The translations under genes were made by a program, and so were the position numbers. Below, piece after piece: positions 38,750 through 51,162 of a stretch of DNA of 64,000 bases (positions are counted from its first letter, which is position 1; each line of letters starts with the position of its first letter). Below the pieces are notes generated by a model. The model made no database searches and was not told the DNA's origin. It was given only the letters and a program-made list of their open reading frames with translations. Source of the DNA: Scyliorhinus canicula (Eukaryota); contig NC_052146.1 of NCBI RefSeq assembly GCF_902713615.1, forward strand, positions 192,839,199 to 192,903,198, in the 5' to 3' direction.

Positions 38750-39480
38750 AGCAGATGAGAGGTCATCCAGTGTCTCTGAAACCCATAATAAGCCCGTTCA
38801 CTGGCAGGACACTTTCAGCTCTCTGTTAGGCGATCAGCATTCACATCGATGCTTGAGCCTCATTGTAGGAGTCTCTGCAGACGTTTGTGGCCTCCATACT
38901 TACATCATCAGCCACCTCCTGAGTGGGTACGCCCTGTCCTTGAAGAGCCATCCCTCCAGCCGCTGCTCTCCCTCTAAATCAGGAATTCTGCGAGCTCCCC
39001 AAGATGCAACTGTCTTGGACCCTCCCTGGGACACAGGCACACACCTTTATTATGCGTATTGTGTGGTCACAAATGAGTTGTACATGGAGCGAGTGGGATT
39101 GCTTGCGGTTCATGAATGACACTGCATGATACCATGGAGACCACAGGACCACATGGGTGCAGTCTATCACACCCTGCACTTGGGGCATGCCTATGAAGCC
39201 CATAATCCTGGATCGTCTGGTCCAGGTTTAAATACATGTGGGATCTTGCATAAAGGGCATCTGTTACTTCCCTTGTGCATTTGTGCGCGACTGAGTGGGA
39301 AATACCACACAGGTCACTGCTGCTGCCCTGAAACGAGCCACCTGCATAGACGTTCAGAGCCACAGGCAGTGGGTGTCCACCCATTCCATGTGATGCCAGC
39401 TCTTACTGGTCCTGGCAAAGGTAGTCCACCGTCCCCTGGGACAGACGCAGTCTTCTCCAGCACTGAAGCTTCGACAGCTG
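38750..39480 (-). pseudogene. Harbinger (HARBI1-like, DDE_Tnp_4) transposase pseudogene
   Basis: YAGGSFQ…DLCGIS, MPQVQGVIDCTHV, NRKQSHSLHVQLICDH, PGRVQDSCIL and DRAYPLRRWLM lie in different frames, with frameshifts and stops. Confidence 0.88.
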
Positions 39481-39600
39481 CAAGATGGATGTCCGACGTT
39501 AGAAGACCCGTTGTATCTTTTTTTAATATAAAAAGTACGCAATTATTTTTTTCCCTCCACTGCAGCTACGTTCACAGCCAGGTGTCCCTGGAGAGGGAGC

Positions 39601-40110
39601 ATGCCCCAGAGGATAGGGACGTAGAGGTAGTGGTCGCAATAGATGCAGAGAAGGCATTTGACCGGGTGGAATGGGATTATCTGTGGGAGGTACTGGGGCG
39701 GTTTGGATTTTGGCGGGGCTTCATTGACTGGGTCAGGCTGCTGTATCAGGCGCCCGTGGCAAGTGTTCGGACAAACAGGCTGACATCAGGCTATTTTAGG
39801 CTGCACCGGGGGACGAGGTGGGGATGCCCCTTCTCCACGCTGTTGGCACTGGCCATAGAACCGCTGGCAATTGCGTTGAGAGCCTCAAAGGGCTGGAAGG
39901 GACTGGTCCAGGGGTGGGTGGAACACAGAGTCTCGCTATACGTGGACGATCTGCTCTTGTATGTCTCGGACCCATTGGAAGGGATGGAAGAAATTATGGG
40001 GATTTTGGCCAGTTTCGGGCTGCAAATTGAACATGGGGGGGGGGGGGGGGAGTGAGATGTTCGCGATCCAGGCAAGGGGGCAGGAGAGGCAATTGGGGGA
40101 GCTGCCATAA
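39601..40110 (+). mobile_element. L1 RT fragment inserted in the Harbinger remnant
   Basis: IDAEKAFDRVEWDYLWEVLGRFGF…HRVSLYVDDLLLY. Closely similar to the 26545 fragment where they overlap. Confidence 0.88.
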
Positions 40111-43100
40111 GTGGCAGGGTGGTGCCCTGGCACTGCTAAGGTGTCAGGCTGGCATTTTTGCACGTGCGCAATTGGGCCGGGTTGCCCACCCTGGGTGTTA
40201 GAGGGGCCAAGGGACCCTTCTATGTTGCTTTCGGGCTGGGGTGAGGTCAGGGATTTTATTTGTGGTCCTCTGAGATCGGGAGGAATGGCGTCCTGATCTC
40301 CCGCTACAACGGGCATTTCCGGCGAGCAGAGCTCCCCATTGTATAAAACGAACAGGGCTATGTGCGGCCTCGGCCACGCAATCCCCGTTCAGGTACCTTA
40401 TTCAACACGAGTAGCATTGAATAGCCACTTGTTTCTCGGCATTACGAGTGCCAGGAAACACTAGGCTAAACACGCTCGCTAGGGGACTTTGTTCCCTCTT
40501 TGGGAAGATTGCGCCTATTGTCACCTTTTTGCCAGAGATTTGTACTGCTAATTTACTGCTCTTATTGCTTTTCCAAAAGCCACCTATATCACTACACTAT
40601 ACACTGCTATGTCTATCTCAATTTCGATTGATCAGTCTGTCTCTTCTAAGATGTGCGAGAGATCTGCTTGACAGAATTGTCTCCATTTACTTGATGTAAC
40701 GGTGATTTTCTTTCAAAATGGGCAAAGCAGATGGACATCCACAGATCAACCTGAAATTTGTTATGCCTGCACACTGTAAAGTGAACTATTAAAGGCCCAG
40801 TAATTTTCAAACCAACCCATAACCACACTTGCTAATGATGCAGATGTTTATCATTGCATTTGATTGGAAACTTCTGTACTTTCAGTCAATCTATCTTTAT
40901 GAGGCTCAGAATAAATGGTGGGATAACTTTTGGTCATTTCCAGGATTTATTTGATATGGATGCTGATTTTACCATTACATTTCACATTCGCAAATTACAC
41001 CTCAGCAAATGTGAATTTGAAGCAAATGTCAAAGAGGAACAAAGATGGTTCATGTTGCAATGCTGCAGAGTTTGGATAAATTATTTGTATAGACTATGTA
41101 ATAAACAGTGGGGTCCTCAGTGCAGACCTGTTCTGGTTTTGCAGCCTTAAATAAAAATAGTATTTTAAAATAACCTCAAAAGATCAAGTAAAATGTTGTG
41201 AATTACTTTTCAGTAATTTGCGAAGTTGGAGAGTTAGCTGCACTTGTGTTTGTGTCTTTCTTTGTGCGTCTGTCTGCATGTGTCTTTCTGCATGCTTGCC
41301 AGCATTAACATTTTAAACAAACATTGCTTATAAACTTCGAATAAATTCAGGGACTTGTGCCAAGTAAGATATTACTTTACGTTTTAAAGGTCTGTTGCTT
41401 GTTTCCTTTTTTAAATAAAATTTAGAGTACCCAATTTTGTTTCCCCAACTAAGGGGCAATTTAGTGTGGCCAATCCACCTATCCTGCACATCTTTGGGTT
41501 GTGGGGATGAGACCCACATGTTTCCTTTCTAATGTCCCAACTTGCTGTGTTGCTGTAAATTCTCTGATTTACTATTCATGGCAGTAATTTACTGTTCACA
41601 GTTTTCCAGTAAAGATAATAGATCCAAAGCACTGTTAAACCGCTGGAGCGTTGGATGTGCCTTCAGCTAAAGGAAACCTGAGCTGAATGCTGATCAACTG
41701 ATTCCTCCTCAAAGTTCAGGTCCCTAAGAATCCAGTTCAGAGGGTGTCATACTGTGTTTAGGAAGGGAAAAGGAACCATTACATAATCCATATAATAACA
41801 AGTCTGTTTAGCTTGTAACTGTTTATGCTAATCTCGTGAAGCAAAGATAGCCAAATGTAGGGAAAGGAGAATTCAGTCTCAGGGAATTTGATAACTGATG
41901 CAAGTTTCTGTCCCTTTTTGTTTCTGCTCTTCACTGAAAGTTTCAAACTGTATTACATGAGCACTAAGATTCTTGCACCTTTAATTTTGCTACATTTCGC
42001 TTAAATAAATACCTTGAACTCTCCATGCTAGTTTGTAAACCAAATACTCTGTCGTTGGCTACGGTGTTCAGTGCAAAACTAGTAGTTAATAGGTCACGTT
42101 TTCTTTTTAAATTTGGATGTGCCTTGAATTATGCACTTCAGATAAACTGTGTACAGAAGAAAGAATGTTTGAAACATTTCCAGCACTTCTCATCACATGA
42201 CACTGATATGCAATCAAACAGATGGAGAGTAATTGGATGAATTCATGAATGGGATACCTCTTGCATTGATTGAGTTGGTGTGGGTGTCTTTTGGTGAAGG
42301 ATGTGAATCTTTGGGAGCACTGAAAGGTGGTGAGAGGAAAGGGGGAAAGTTATAGGATTAGCAGGGAAGGGAAAATTAAAGAATTTTATTGATGTGTCAA
42401 TGGGCTAAGACAAATGCTTTTTTCATTTCTGATTTTAATAAAGAAGAACTGCTTGCAAAACATTGCCCAATGTCAGACTAACTGGACATCCTACTTATAG
42501 TAGCAGCTTCAATGCGCAGCTCTAGGGAGAATAAAATCAATACAATTGTCTGCTGAATATAGCCAGACAGTGGAACAAGCACTTAGCAATTCTGGATGAG
42601 CTATGCTGTCTTTTCTCTAAGTGATAACGTGACTCACGTATGGCACTATCCCCTCAGTGTTAAGAGAGTGGAGGTTCAAGTCCCACTGCAAAAACTTGAA
42701 TATGATCCAGGCTAACATTCCCAATGAAATGCTGAGGGGCTGATGCACAGTTATAGACAGCTATTCAAATGAGAAATTAAACCAAGGCCCAGCCTACCCC
42801 TTCATGGATGTAACAAAGCCACTTGTATGTAAGCATTGGGTTGGAAATGCTAATTTGTGTTCAGCATGGTCTCCAAATGGCAATGTGATTAAAGACCATA
42901 TTATCTTTGTCAGCAGTATTGGTTGAAGTAAAGATATTGATGAGGACACCAAAGTGAACTCCCTTATTGTCCTTTGATGTAGTGGGAGCCATGGGAGCTT
43001 TTATTTATCTCAACCTGAGAGGGTAAAGGGTGCCTTGATCATCTGAAAGATGACATCTCCAATATTTTTAAGGTAGATAATATATGGCGTCAGCAGATCT

Positions 43101-45605
43101 GGAAGGTGCCAGAATTGGGTTTGACACTGGTTTTACTCCCTATCTCTGAAGTGTAATGTTGAGCAGAATGTAGAACATTCTAGCTGACCCCATGGGATTG
43201 CTGCCCAGCCAGTGGGGTTTAAATTGCCCCTTTTATATGTTTGCAAAAAGCAAGAGCTGCCTCACTTGCTAGCATTCATCTTTGCCCCGTCTCAACCCAA
43301 TCATGCGAGCACCAGCCTGAGAATTGAACTAAAGTGTTTTGCAAATGGAGAACCTGGAGGCATTTCCATTCACTGGACCAGTGGGCTCATTTGAGATTTT
43401 TTGTTCATCTCTGACCTGGTATATAGCATGTTACTTGATGAAAGACAATTTAAAGAAGAGTTGTTTTTTTTTTAAATTTAGAGTACCCAATTAATTTATT
43501 CCAATTAAGGGGCAATTTAGCATGGCCAATCCACCTATCCTGCATATCTTTGGATTGTTGGTGTGCGACCCATGGAGACACGGGGAGAATGTGCAAACTC
43601 CACACGGACAGTGACCCAGGGCCGGGATCGAACCTGGGTCCTCGGCGCCGTGGGGTAAAAAAGAGTTTAATGTTAACCCTGACAGCTCCACAGCTGAGCC
43701 TGGGTGCAGTTAAAAAAAAAACACTTCCAGGTACGTTGCATTTTACAGCTGAAATTATTCCATGCTATGCTACAGGCAGAATCTTTTAAATGATAGTAAA
43801 GGAGATCTTTAAATCCAGTCTTCGTGTAAATGCAGCTCTAATGAATATTTTTTCAGTGCTTCTTCCAGAATGAAGGCAGAGAGGAGGAAGAAAGCAAATA
43901 AAATGATTTGCAATTATTACATTAAGAAAGGGGGGTGTAACAATTAAGGTAAACTCCTTAGAATAGCGACGGTTATGGGTAGATTTAGTAAAGGAGTCCA
44001 AAATTGAGGTTTTAATAAGAGTAGATGGGAGAAAAACTGACAAAATAATTGGAGGGGGAAAGCCAGAGGGGACTTTTATCTCAGTGAGTTCTGGTCTGGA
44101 ATGTGCTGATTGAGTGTGTGATAGAAGCAGATTCATTGATAAAGGGAACTGGAGGGAGGAAAGATTTTCAGAACTCTAGCAAAAGAGCAGGTGCTAATTG
44201 GATAGCTTTTTCGAAGGGCTGGCATAGGCACAATTGGCCAAGTAGCCTCAGTCCATGTCTATCGTGTTGTTATTTGTAAAATAAGGGAATGGAATAGAAT
44301 ACTCTAGGAGAAAAATCAGAGTGAGCAATGAGAGTGCTTTCTTTCTTTATTTCTTGGATTTTAGGGTAATTCAATAATAAATCGCTATGAGAAGTTTTAT
44401 CGCCTTGGCAAAGTGGGGCACAAGTTAATGGCTTAAATGACTGCTTCGCCTTTGGCTACTGTTATTCCCTAGAATTTGAAGAGTTAAATTTAATATAAAC
44501 CAGACAAGCAACTCCCACGCAGTCTGACCATTTTTGACAATGAGTGATTGCTTTACTTGGACTCTGCAATACAAAGCAGTGAGTAATGTTTTCTCCAGAA
44601 AGTAGGAAAAAGACTCATGCTGGGTTATTATATTCGGTTCTAGGAGTCTGCCTTGCAAGTGGATCGTCCACAGTTCTCTGTACCTCATTAATAATGACTT
44701 TCTATTTCATAAGGACAAAGACTTATACAGGCAACTGGTTTATTTTTACACTAATCCACCAAAATCTCATGTCGTCGACAGTAGAACTTGCGCAATCTGT
44801 CAGATGCTGTTTTAATTATGTGCCCTTTTATAGCTTGTATCCTGTAACCCCATTAATGATCAGGACATAATGAACTGCAGATGGTATTGAACTAGTGCCG
44901 TATTTCAGCCTGAATCTCTGAACATCATAAACACAGCACTCTTCACTAAGAAAATGGAGAATGATCCAGTTCATTTAAGAAAAAAATGTTTGATCCCTGT
45001 TGTTTCATGAGGGCTTTGCCTTTTAATCTTTGTTCTTGACAATTGCTGTGAAAACATTTCTGCAACTGGGAACCACCTTTATTCTGGTTTGCCTATATCC
45101 CATCCAAGGTGTCAACTGTAGCTTAGTTGGTGGAAACTCTGTGCCAGGAAGTTGTGGTTCAAAGTCTCAGTCCAGAGATTTGGGCAGAAGGCTGACTGTC
45201 TCATATGCAGTACCGAGGGAATGCGGCTCTGTCAGAGGGTGCTATCTTCTGGATATGGATGTTAAAGTTAGGTCCCATTTGCTTTTCCGGGAGAACGGAA
45301 AAGGTCCCTCGGTGCTATTTCAAAGGCGAGTTCACCAGGCAGTCATTCCTTTTTTTTAAATAATTTTTATTGGAATTTTTTACAGAAAATATAAAAATAT
45401 AGCAACAAGCAGTAATATGCAACTAACAGCCCCATAACAACCACAATTCCCCCCATACCGTAACATCACATTCCCCCCATCCCCCCCAACAAGAGAACTT
45501 AACCATAAATTAAAATTAAATAAATCAATTTTAAATAAAATAAGTAAACATAATCGACGTTCCCCCCCCACCCCCCCGGGTTGCTGCTGCTACTGTCCCA
45601 GTACC

Positions 45606-48600
45606 CTATCGTTGAGCCAGAAAGTCGAGGAAATGTTGCCACCGTTTAAAGAACCCTTGCACCGATCCTCTCTGGGCGAATTTAACCTTCTCAAGCTTAA
45701 TGAAGCCCGCCATGTCATTGATCCAGGTCTCCACGCTTGGGGCCTCGCGTCCTTCCACTGTAGCAAAATCCTTCGCCGGGCTACTAGGGACGCAAAGGCC
45801 AGCACACCGGCCTCTTTCGCCTCCTGCACTCCCGGCTCTACCCCAACCCCAAAGATCGCGAGTCCCCATCCTGGCTTGACCCTGGATCCCACCGTCCTCG
45901 CCACCCCCTTCCAGAACTCCTCCAATGCCGGGCATGCCCAGAACATATGGGCATGGTTCGCTGGACTCCCCGAGCACCTGACACACCTGTCCTCACCCCC
46001 AAAGGACCTACTCATCCTCGTCCCAGTCATGTGGGCCCGGTGCAGCACCTTGAATTGGATGAGGCTAAGCCGCGCACACGAGGAGGAAGAATTTACCCTC
46101 TCCAGGGCATCAGCCCATGTCCCATCTTCGATCTGTTCCCCCAGTTCCCCCTCCCACTTCGTTTTCAGCTCCTCTACTGACGCCTCTTCCACCTCCTGCA
46201 TAAGCTTGTAGATATCGGATATCTTCCCCTCCCCGACCCAGACCCCCGAGAGCACCCTGTCACTCACCCCCCTCGCGGGGAGCGCAGGGAATCCCTCCAC
46301 CTGCCGTCTAGCAAATGCCTTTACCTGCAGATATCTAAACATGTTTCCCGGCGGGAGCCCAAATTTCTCCTCCAACTCCCCCAGGCTCGCAAACCTTCCG
46401 TCGATAAACAGGTCCCTCAGCTGTCTAATGCCCGCTCTATACCATCCCCGAAATCCCCCATCCATGTTCCCCGGGACGAACCTATGGTTCCCCCTTAACG
46501 GAGCCTCCATCGAGCCCCCCACTTCTCCCCTATGTCGCCTCCACTGCCCCCAAATCTTGAGGGTAGCCGCCACCACCGGACTCGTGGTATACCTCGTGGG
46601 AGGGAGCGACCACGGCGCCGTTACCAGGGCCCCCAGGCTTGTATCCCCACAGGACGCTCTCTCCATCCGTTTCCATGCTGCCCCCTCCCCCTCCATCACC
46701 CACTTACGCACCATCGACACGTTGGCCGCCCAGTGTACCCCGAGAGGTTGGGCAACGCCAGCCCCCTCCACTCCACCCCCCCCCCCCCCCCCCCCCCCCC
46801 CCATCTCTACTCCGCTCCAAGAAGACCCTCTTCACCCTCGGGGTGCCATGCGCCCAAACAAATCCCATGATGCTGCTGGTCACCCTTTTAAAAAAGGCCC
46901 TAGGGATAAAGATGGGCAAGCACTGGAAGAGGAACAAGAACCTCGGGAGAACCGTCATTTTGACGGAGTGCACTCTGCCCGCCAGCGATAGCGGCACCAT
47001 GTCCCACCTTTTAAATTCCTCCTCCATCTGTTCCACTAGTCTGGTGAAGTTAAGCTTATGAAGAGCCCCCCAACTCCTGGCCACCTTCACCCCCAGGTAC
47101 CTGAAACTCTTCACTGCCCTCCTGAAGGGGAGCCTCCCAATTCCCCCCTCCTGATCTCCCGGGTGCACTACAAATACCTCGCTCTTTCCTAAGTTTAGCT
47201 TATAGCCCGAGAAGCCCCCAAATTCCGCTAACAGCTCCATCACCCCCGGCATTCCCCCCTCTGGGTCCGCCACATATAACAGCAGGTCGTCCGCATACAG
47301 CGATACCCGGTGCTCCTCCCCACCCCGCACCAGACCCCTCCACCTCCCTGACTCCCTCAACGCCATGGCCAGCAGTTCAATCGCCAGTGCAAAGAGCAGG
47401 GGGGACAGGGGACACCCCTGCCTGGTCCCACGATAAAGCCTAAAATACTCCGATCTCCTTCCATTTGTGACTACACTCGCCATCGGCGCCACGTAAAGCA
47501 GCCTCACCCATTTGATGAATCCCTCCCCAAATCCAAACCTCTCCAGCACCTCCCACAGGTACCCCCACTCAACTCTATCAAACGCTTTCTCTGCGTCCAG
47601 CGCCACCACTATCTCCGCCTCGCCCTCCACTGCCGGCATCATGATAACATTGAGCAGTCTCCGCACATTCGTGTTGAGCTGCAGCCCCTTGACAAATCCT
47701 GTCTGATCTTCATGAATTACCTCTGGCACACAATCCTCTATCCTGGTAGCCAGGATCTTCGCCAGCAACTTAGCGTCTACGTTAAGGAGCGAGATAGGCC
47801 TATATGATCCGCACTGCAAGGGGTCCTTATCCCGTTTTAGGATCGAAGAGATCAGTGCCCGTGACATCGTCGGGGGCAAAGCCCCCCCCCACCCCCCCCC
47901 CAACACGCCTCATTGAAAGTTCGCACCAGCAGGGGACCCACCAGGTCCGCATATTTTTTGTAAAATTCTGCCGGGAACCCGTCCGGCCCCGGGGCCTTAC
48001 CTGACTGCATTTGCCCGATCCCCCTGACTAGCTCCTCCAACACTATCGGCGCCCCCAGCCCCTCTACCAGCCTCTCTTGAACCCTTGGGAAACATAGCCT
48101 GTTCACGAAGCTCTCCATCCCCTCTCTCCCCCTCGGAGGTTCCGACCGGTACAATCCCTCGTAAAAGTCCCTAAAGACCCCGTTTACTTCTGTCCCCCTC
48201 TGCACTACATTTTCACCCCCATCCTTCACTCCACCAATTTCCCTAGTCGCATCTCGCCTACGGAGCTGATGCGCCAACATCCTGCTCGCCTTCTCTCCAT
48301 ACTCATATACCGCGCCCTGCGCCCTCCCCCACTGTGTCTCCGCCTTTCTGGTGGTCAACAAGTCAAAATTGGCCTGCAACCTGCGCCGTTCTCCCAGCAA
48401 CCCTTCCTCCGGTGCCTCCGCGTATCTCCTGTCCACCTCCAGAAGCTCTCCCACCAGTCTCTCCCTCTCCCTCCTTTCCCTGTGGGCCCGGATGGAGATC
48501 AGCTGCCCCCCGGATCACTGCTTTCAGAGCCTCCCAGACCATCCCCACCCGGACCTCCCCTGTATCATTGGTATCCAGATACCCCTCAATTCTTCTCCGA

Positions 48601-49430
48601 ACCCTCTTACACACCACCTCCTCCGCCAGCATCCCCACATCCAGGTGCCAAAGCGGGCGCTGGTCCCGCGCCTCTCCCATCTCCAGATCAACCCAGTGCG
48701 GGGCATGGTCCGAAATCGCTATGGCCGAATACTCTGCATCCTGCACCCTCGGGATCAATCCCCTGCTCAGGACAAAAAAGTCTATCCGGGAATAAACCCT
48801 ATGGACGTGAGAGAAAAAGGAATACTCCCGCGCTCTCGGTATCCCAAACCTCCAGGGATCCACCCCTCCCATCTGGTCCATGTATCCCCTCAGCACTTTG
48901 GCCGCCGCCGGTCTCCTACCCATCCTTGAACTGGACCGGTCCAGTGTGGGATCCAGCACTGTGTTAAAATCTCCCCCTATGATCAGGCCCCCTGCCTCCA
49001 GGTCCGGGATGCGGCCCAACAATCGCCTCATGAAGCCAGCATCATCCCAATTCGGGGCATAAACGTTCACCAGCACCACCTTCTCTCCCTGCAGCCTACA
49101 CCTCACCATGATATATCTGCCCTCCTTGTCCGACACCACCTCAGCCGCCTCAAACGCCACCCTCTTCCCCACTAGAATCGCCACCCCCCGGTTCTTTGCG
49201 TCCAATCCTGAATGATAAACCTGCCCCACCCACCCCTTCCTCAGACGAACCTGGTCCGCCACCTTCAGGTGGGTCTCCTGGAGCATAGCCACGTCCGCCT
49301 TCAACCCCCTTAGATGGGAGAACACCCTGGTTCTCTTAACCGGCCCGTTCAGCCCCCTCACGTTCCAGGTAATCAGCCGGATCAGAGGGCAACCCGCCCC
49401 CCTCCCCTGCCGACTAGCCATAGCTTGGCA
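45606..49430 (-). pseudogene. L1 ORF2 (APE endonuclease + reverse transcriptase + C-terminal Cys/His motif), split by frameshifts
   Basis: TWNVRGLN, LQETH, GGDFN, YSRIDF and SDH (EN); KAPGPDG, YRPISLLN, LDAEKAFD, GTRQGCPLSP and YADD (RT); CVRC..HMFWAC. Spread over ORFs 48363-49514, 47852-48454, 46704-47906, 45590-46804 and 45606-45986. Confidence 0.93.
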
Positions 49431-50048
49431 GATGTTCGCCCCAGGCCAGCACACCCCGCTCGACCCGTTCCCCATGGCGATAGCGACTCTCCCCCCCCCC
49501 CCCCGCGCCTCCATCGGCTCCTTCCTAGTCGTTCCAGCAGCAACCCGGTATCCCCCCCGAGGCTAGGACCCCTCCTAGCCGCGACGCACCCTCCATGGTA
49601 CTTCCGTGAGTCAGCTGACTTCTGCTGACCCCGGCAGCTCCCGCCAAAACCTATCCCCTCCCGGCTTGGGGTCATCCCCCTCTTGCCACACCTCCTTGGC
49701 ATTACTGCAGCGCGGGAAAAAAGACCCGTAGAGGCCCCGCCCCCCACCGCCCCGCAGCGCGGGAAACCAGAGGAAAGCCCGCGCTTTCACACTGCCACAC
49801 CCCACCCTTCTGACGCAGTTCCCCAAAATCCAGTTTCCCCTCAATCCCCAGCCCCGTACAGAAGAGAACATATAGAACACAAACCCCCAACACTCCCCAC
49901 CTAACCCACAACCATGCCCAACAAACAAACCCACCCGTAACCAGAGCAAACAGAAAACCAGCATACATAACACACATGCCGAAGTTGAAACAGTTGGAAT
50001 AAAACAGCCACAGCGGAAACAACGCCGGCCAAAGTATGTCCCCAGGCC

Positions 50049-50810
50049 CTAGTTAGAGTCCAGCTTCTCCGCCTGTACAAAGGCCCACGCCTCCTCCGGG
50101 GACTCGATGTAATGGTGCCGGTCCTTGTATGTCACTCACAGGCGCGCAGGCTGCAGCATTCCAAACCTGACCTGCTTAGCATGAAGCACCGCCTTCGTCC
50201 GGTTGAACCCGGCCTGCCGCTTAGCCACCTCCGCACTCCAGTCCTGGTAGATCCTCACTACCGAATTCTCCCATTTACTGCTCCTCTCTTTCTTGGCCCA
50301 GCGCAGCACACACTCCCGGTCACTGAATCGATGGAACCGCACCAGCACTGCCCTCGGGGGCTCACCTGCCTTGGGCCTCCTGGCCATCACTCGATGAGCT
50401 CCCTCGAGCTCCAGGGGCAAATGGAAGGACCCCGCTCCCATCAACGAGCTCAACATCGTGGTCACATACGCCGGGAGATCCGACCCCTCCGCCAGGCCCA
50501 GGATCCTCAGATTCTTTCGCCTCGTGCGAACGTCCAGCTCCTCCAAGCGGTCCTGCCACTTTTTATGAAGTGCCTCGTGCAACTCCACTTTCCCATCGAG
50601 GACCACGGCCGCCTCCTCTCTTTCACCGGCCTGCCGCTGCAACTCCCGAATAGACTCCTCCCAAGCCGCCTGGGTCCCAAGCAGCTTGGTCGTAGTTGCA
50701 TTCATGGAGTCCAGCAGCTCAGCCTTCAGCTCAGCAAAACAACGTAGGAGCGAGGCCTGTTGCTCCTGCGCCCACTTCCACCAGTCCTCGGGTGTTGCGC
50801 CGGCCGCCAT
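50049..50810 (-). pseudogene. L1 ORF1 (coiled-coil + RRM, Transposase_22-like) with a premature TGA at 50136-50138
   Basis: RRKNLRILGL, LEGAHR, VLVRFHRFSDRE and IYQDWS motifs are typical of vertebrate L1 ORF1p. The frame continues past the TGA to a natural TAG at 50049-50051. Confidence 0.88.
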
Positions 50811-51162
50811 TTTGTTTTTCTTCCCCCTTTTTTTGGGGGAGTTGCTGCAGCCTTTTTCACCATATAGTGTGGGGCAAGTTCTTCCAGGCACCTTCCTCCA
50901 CCGGGATGCGTAGAAACAGCGCCGTTTGGGGCCCTCAAAACGGCCCAAAAGTCCTTAAATAGCGGGAGCGCCGGCCGCCATTTTGTTTTTCTTCTCCCGT
51001 TTTTTTGGGGGAGTTACTGCAGCCTTTTTCTTCTTCCCACTCCGGGTGAGCACCATATAGTGTGGGACAAGTTCTTCCAGGCACCTTCCCCCACCGGGAT
51101 GCGCAGAAACAGCGCCGTTTGGGGCCCTCGAAACGGCCCAAAAGTCCCTAAATAGCGGGAGC
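50799..51162 (-). repeat. Tandem duplication (about 170 and 190 bp units) of the L1 5' UTR plus ORF1 N-terminus
   Basis: gccggccgccattttgtttttcttc…aaatagcgggagc occurs twice head-to-tail. The ORF1-proximal copy lacks 21 bp. Confidence 0.93.

Larger units (their letters stand above)
37807..40515 (-). mobile_element. Decayed, formerly autonomous Harbinger DNA transposon (left boundary uncertain)
   Basis: Contains a transposase remnant. The right end gggaagattgcgcc (40502-40515) resembles the MITE TIRs. Confidence 0.7.

Noticed and set aside
38750-39480. Domesticated HARBI1 host gene
   Set aside because: Multiple frameshifts and stops, nested insertions and a nearby TIR indicate a dead transposon.
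39126-40055. 309-aa + strand ORF
   Set aside because: Accidental chimera of antisense Harbinger transposase, a SINE tail remnant and an L1 RT fragment. The apparent acceptor at 39565 is not in frame with the RT when spliced from MTHFD1L.
45612-50747. Several 150-230 aa + strand ORFs
   Set aside because: Antisense shadows of the GC-rich L1 ORFs, with no recognisable domains.
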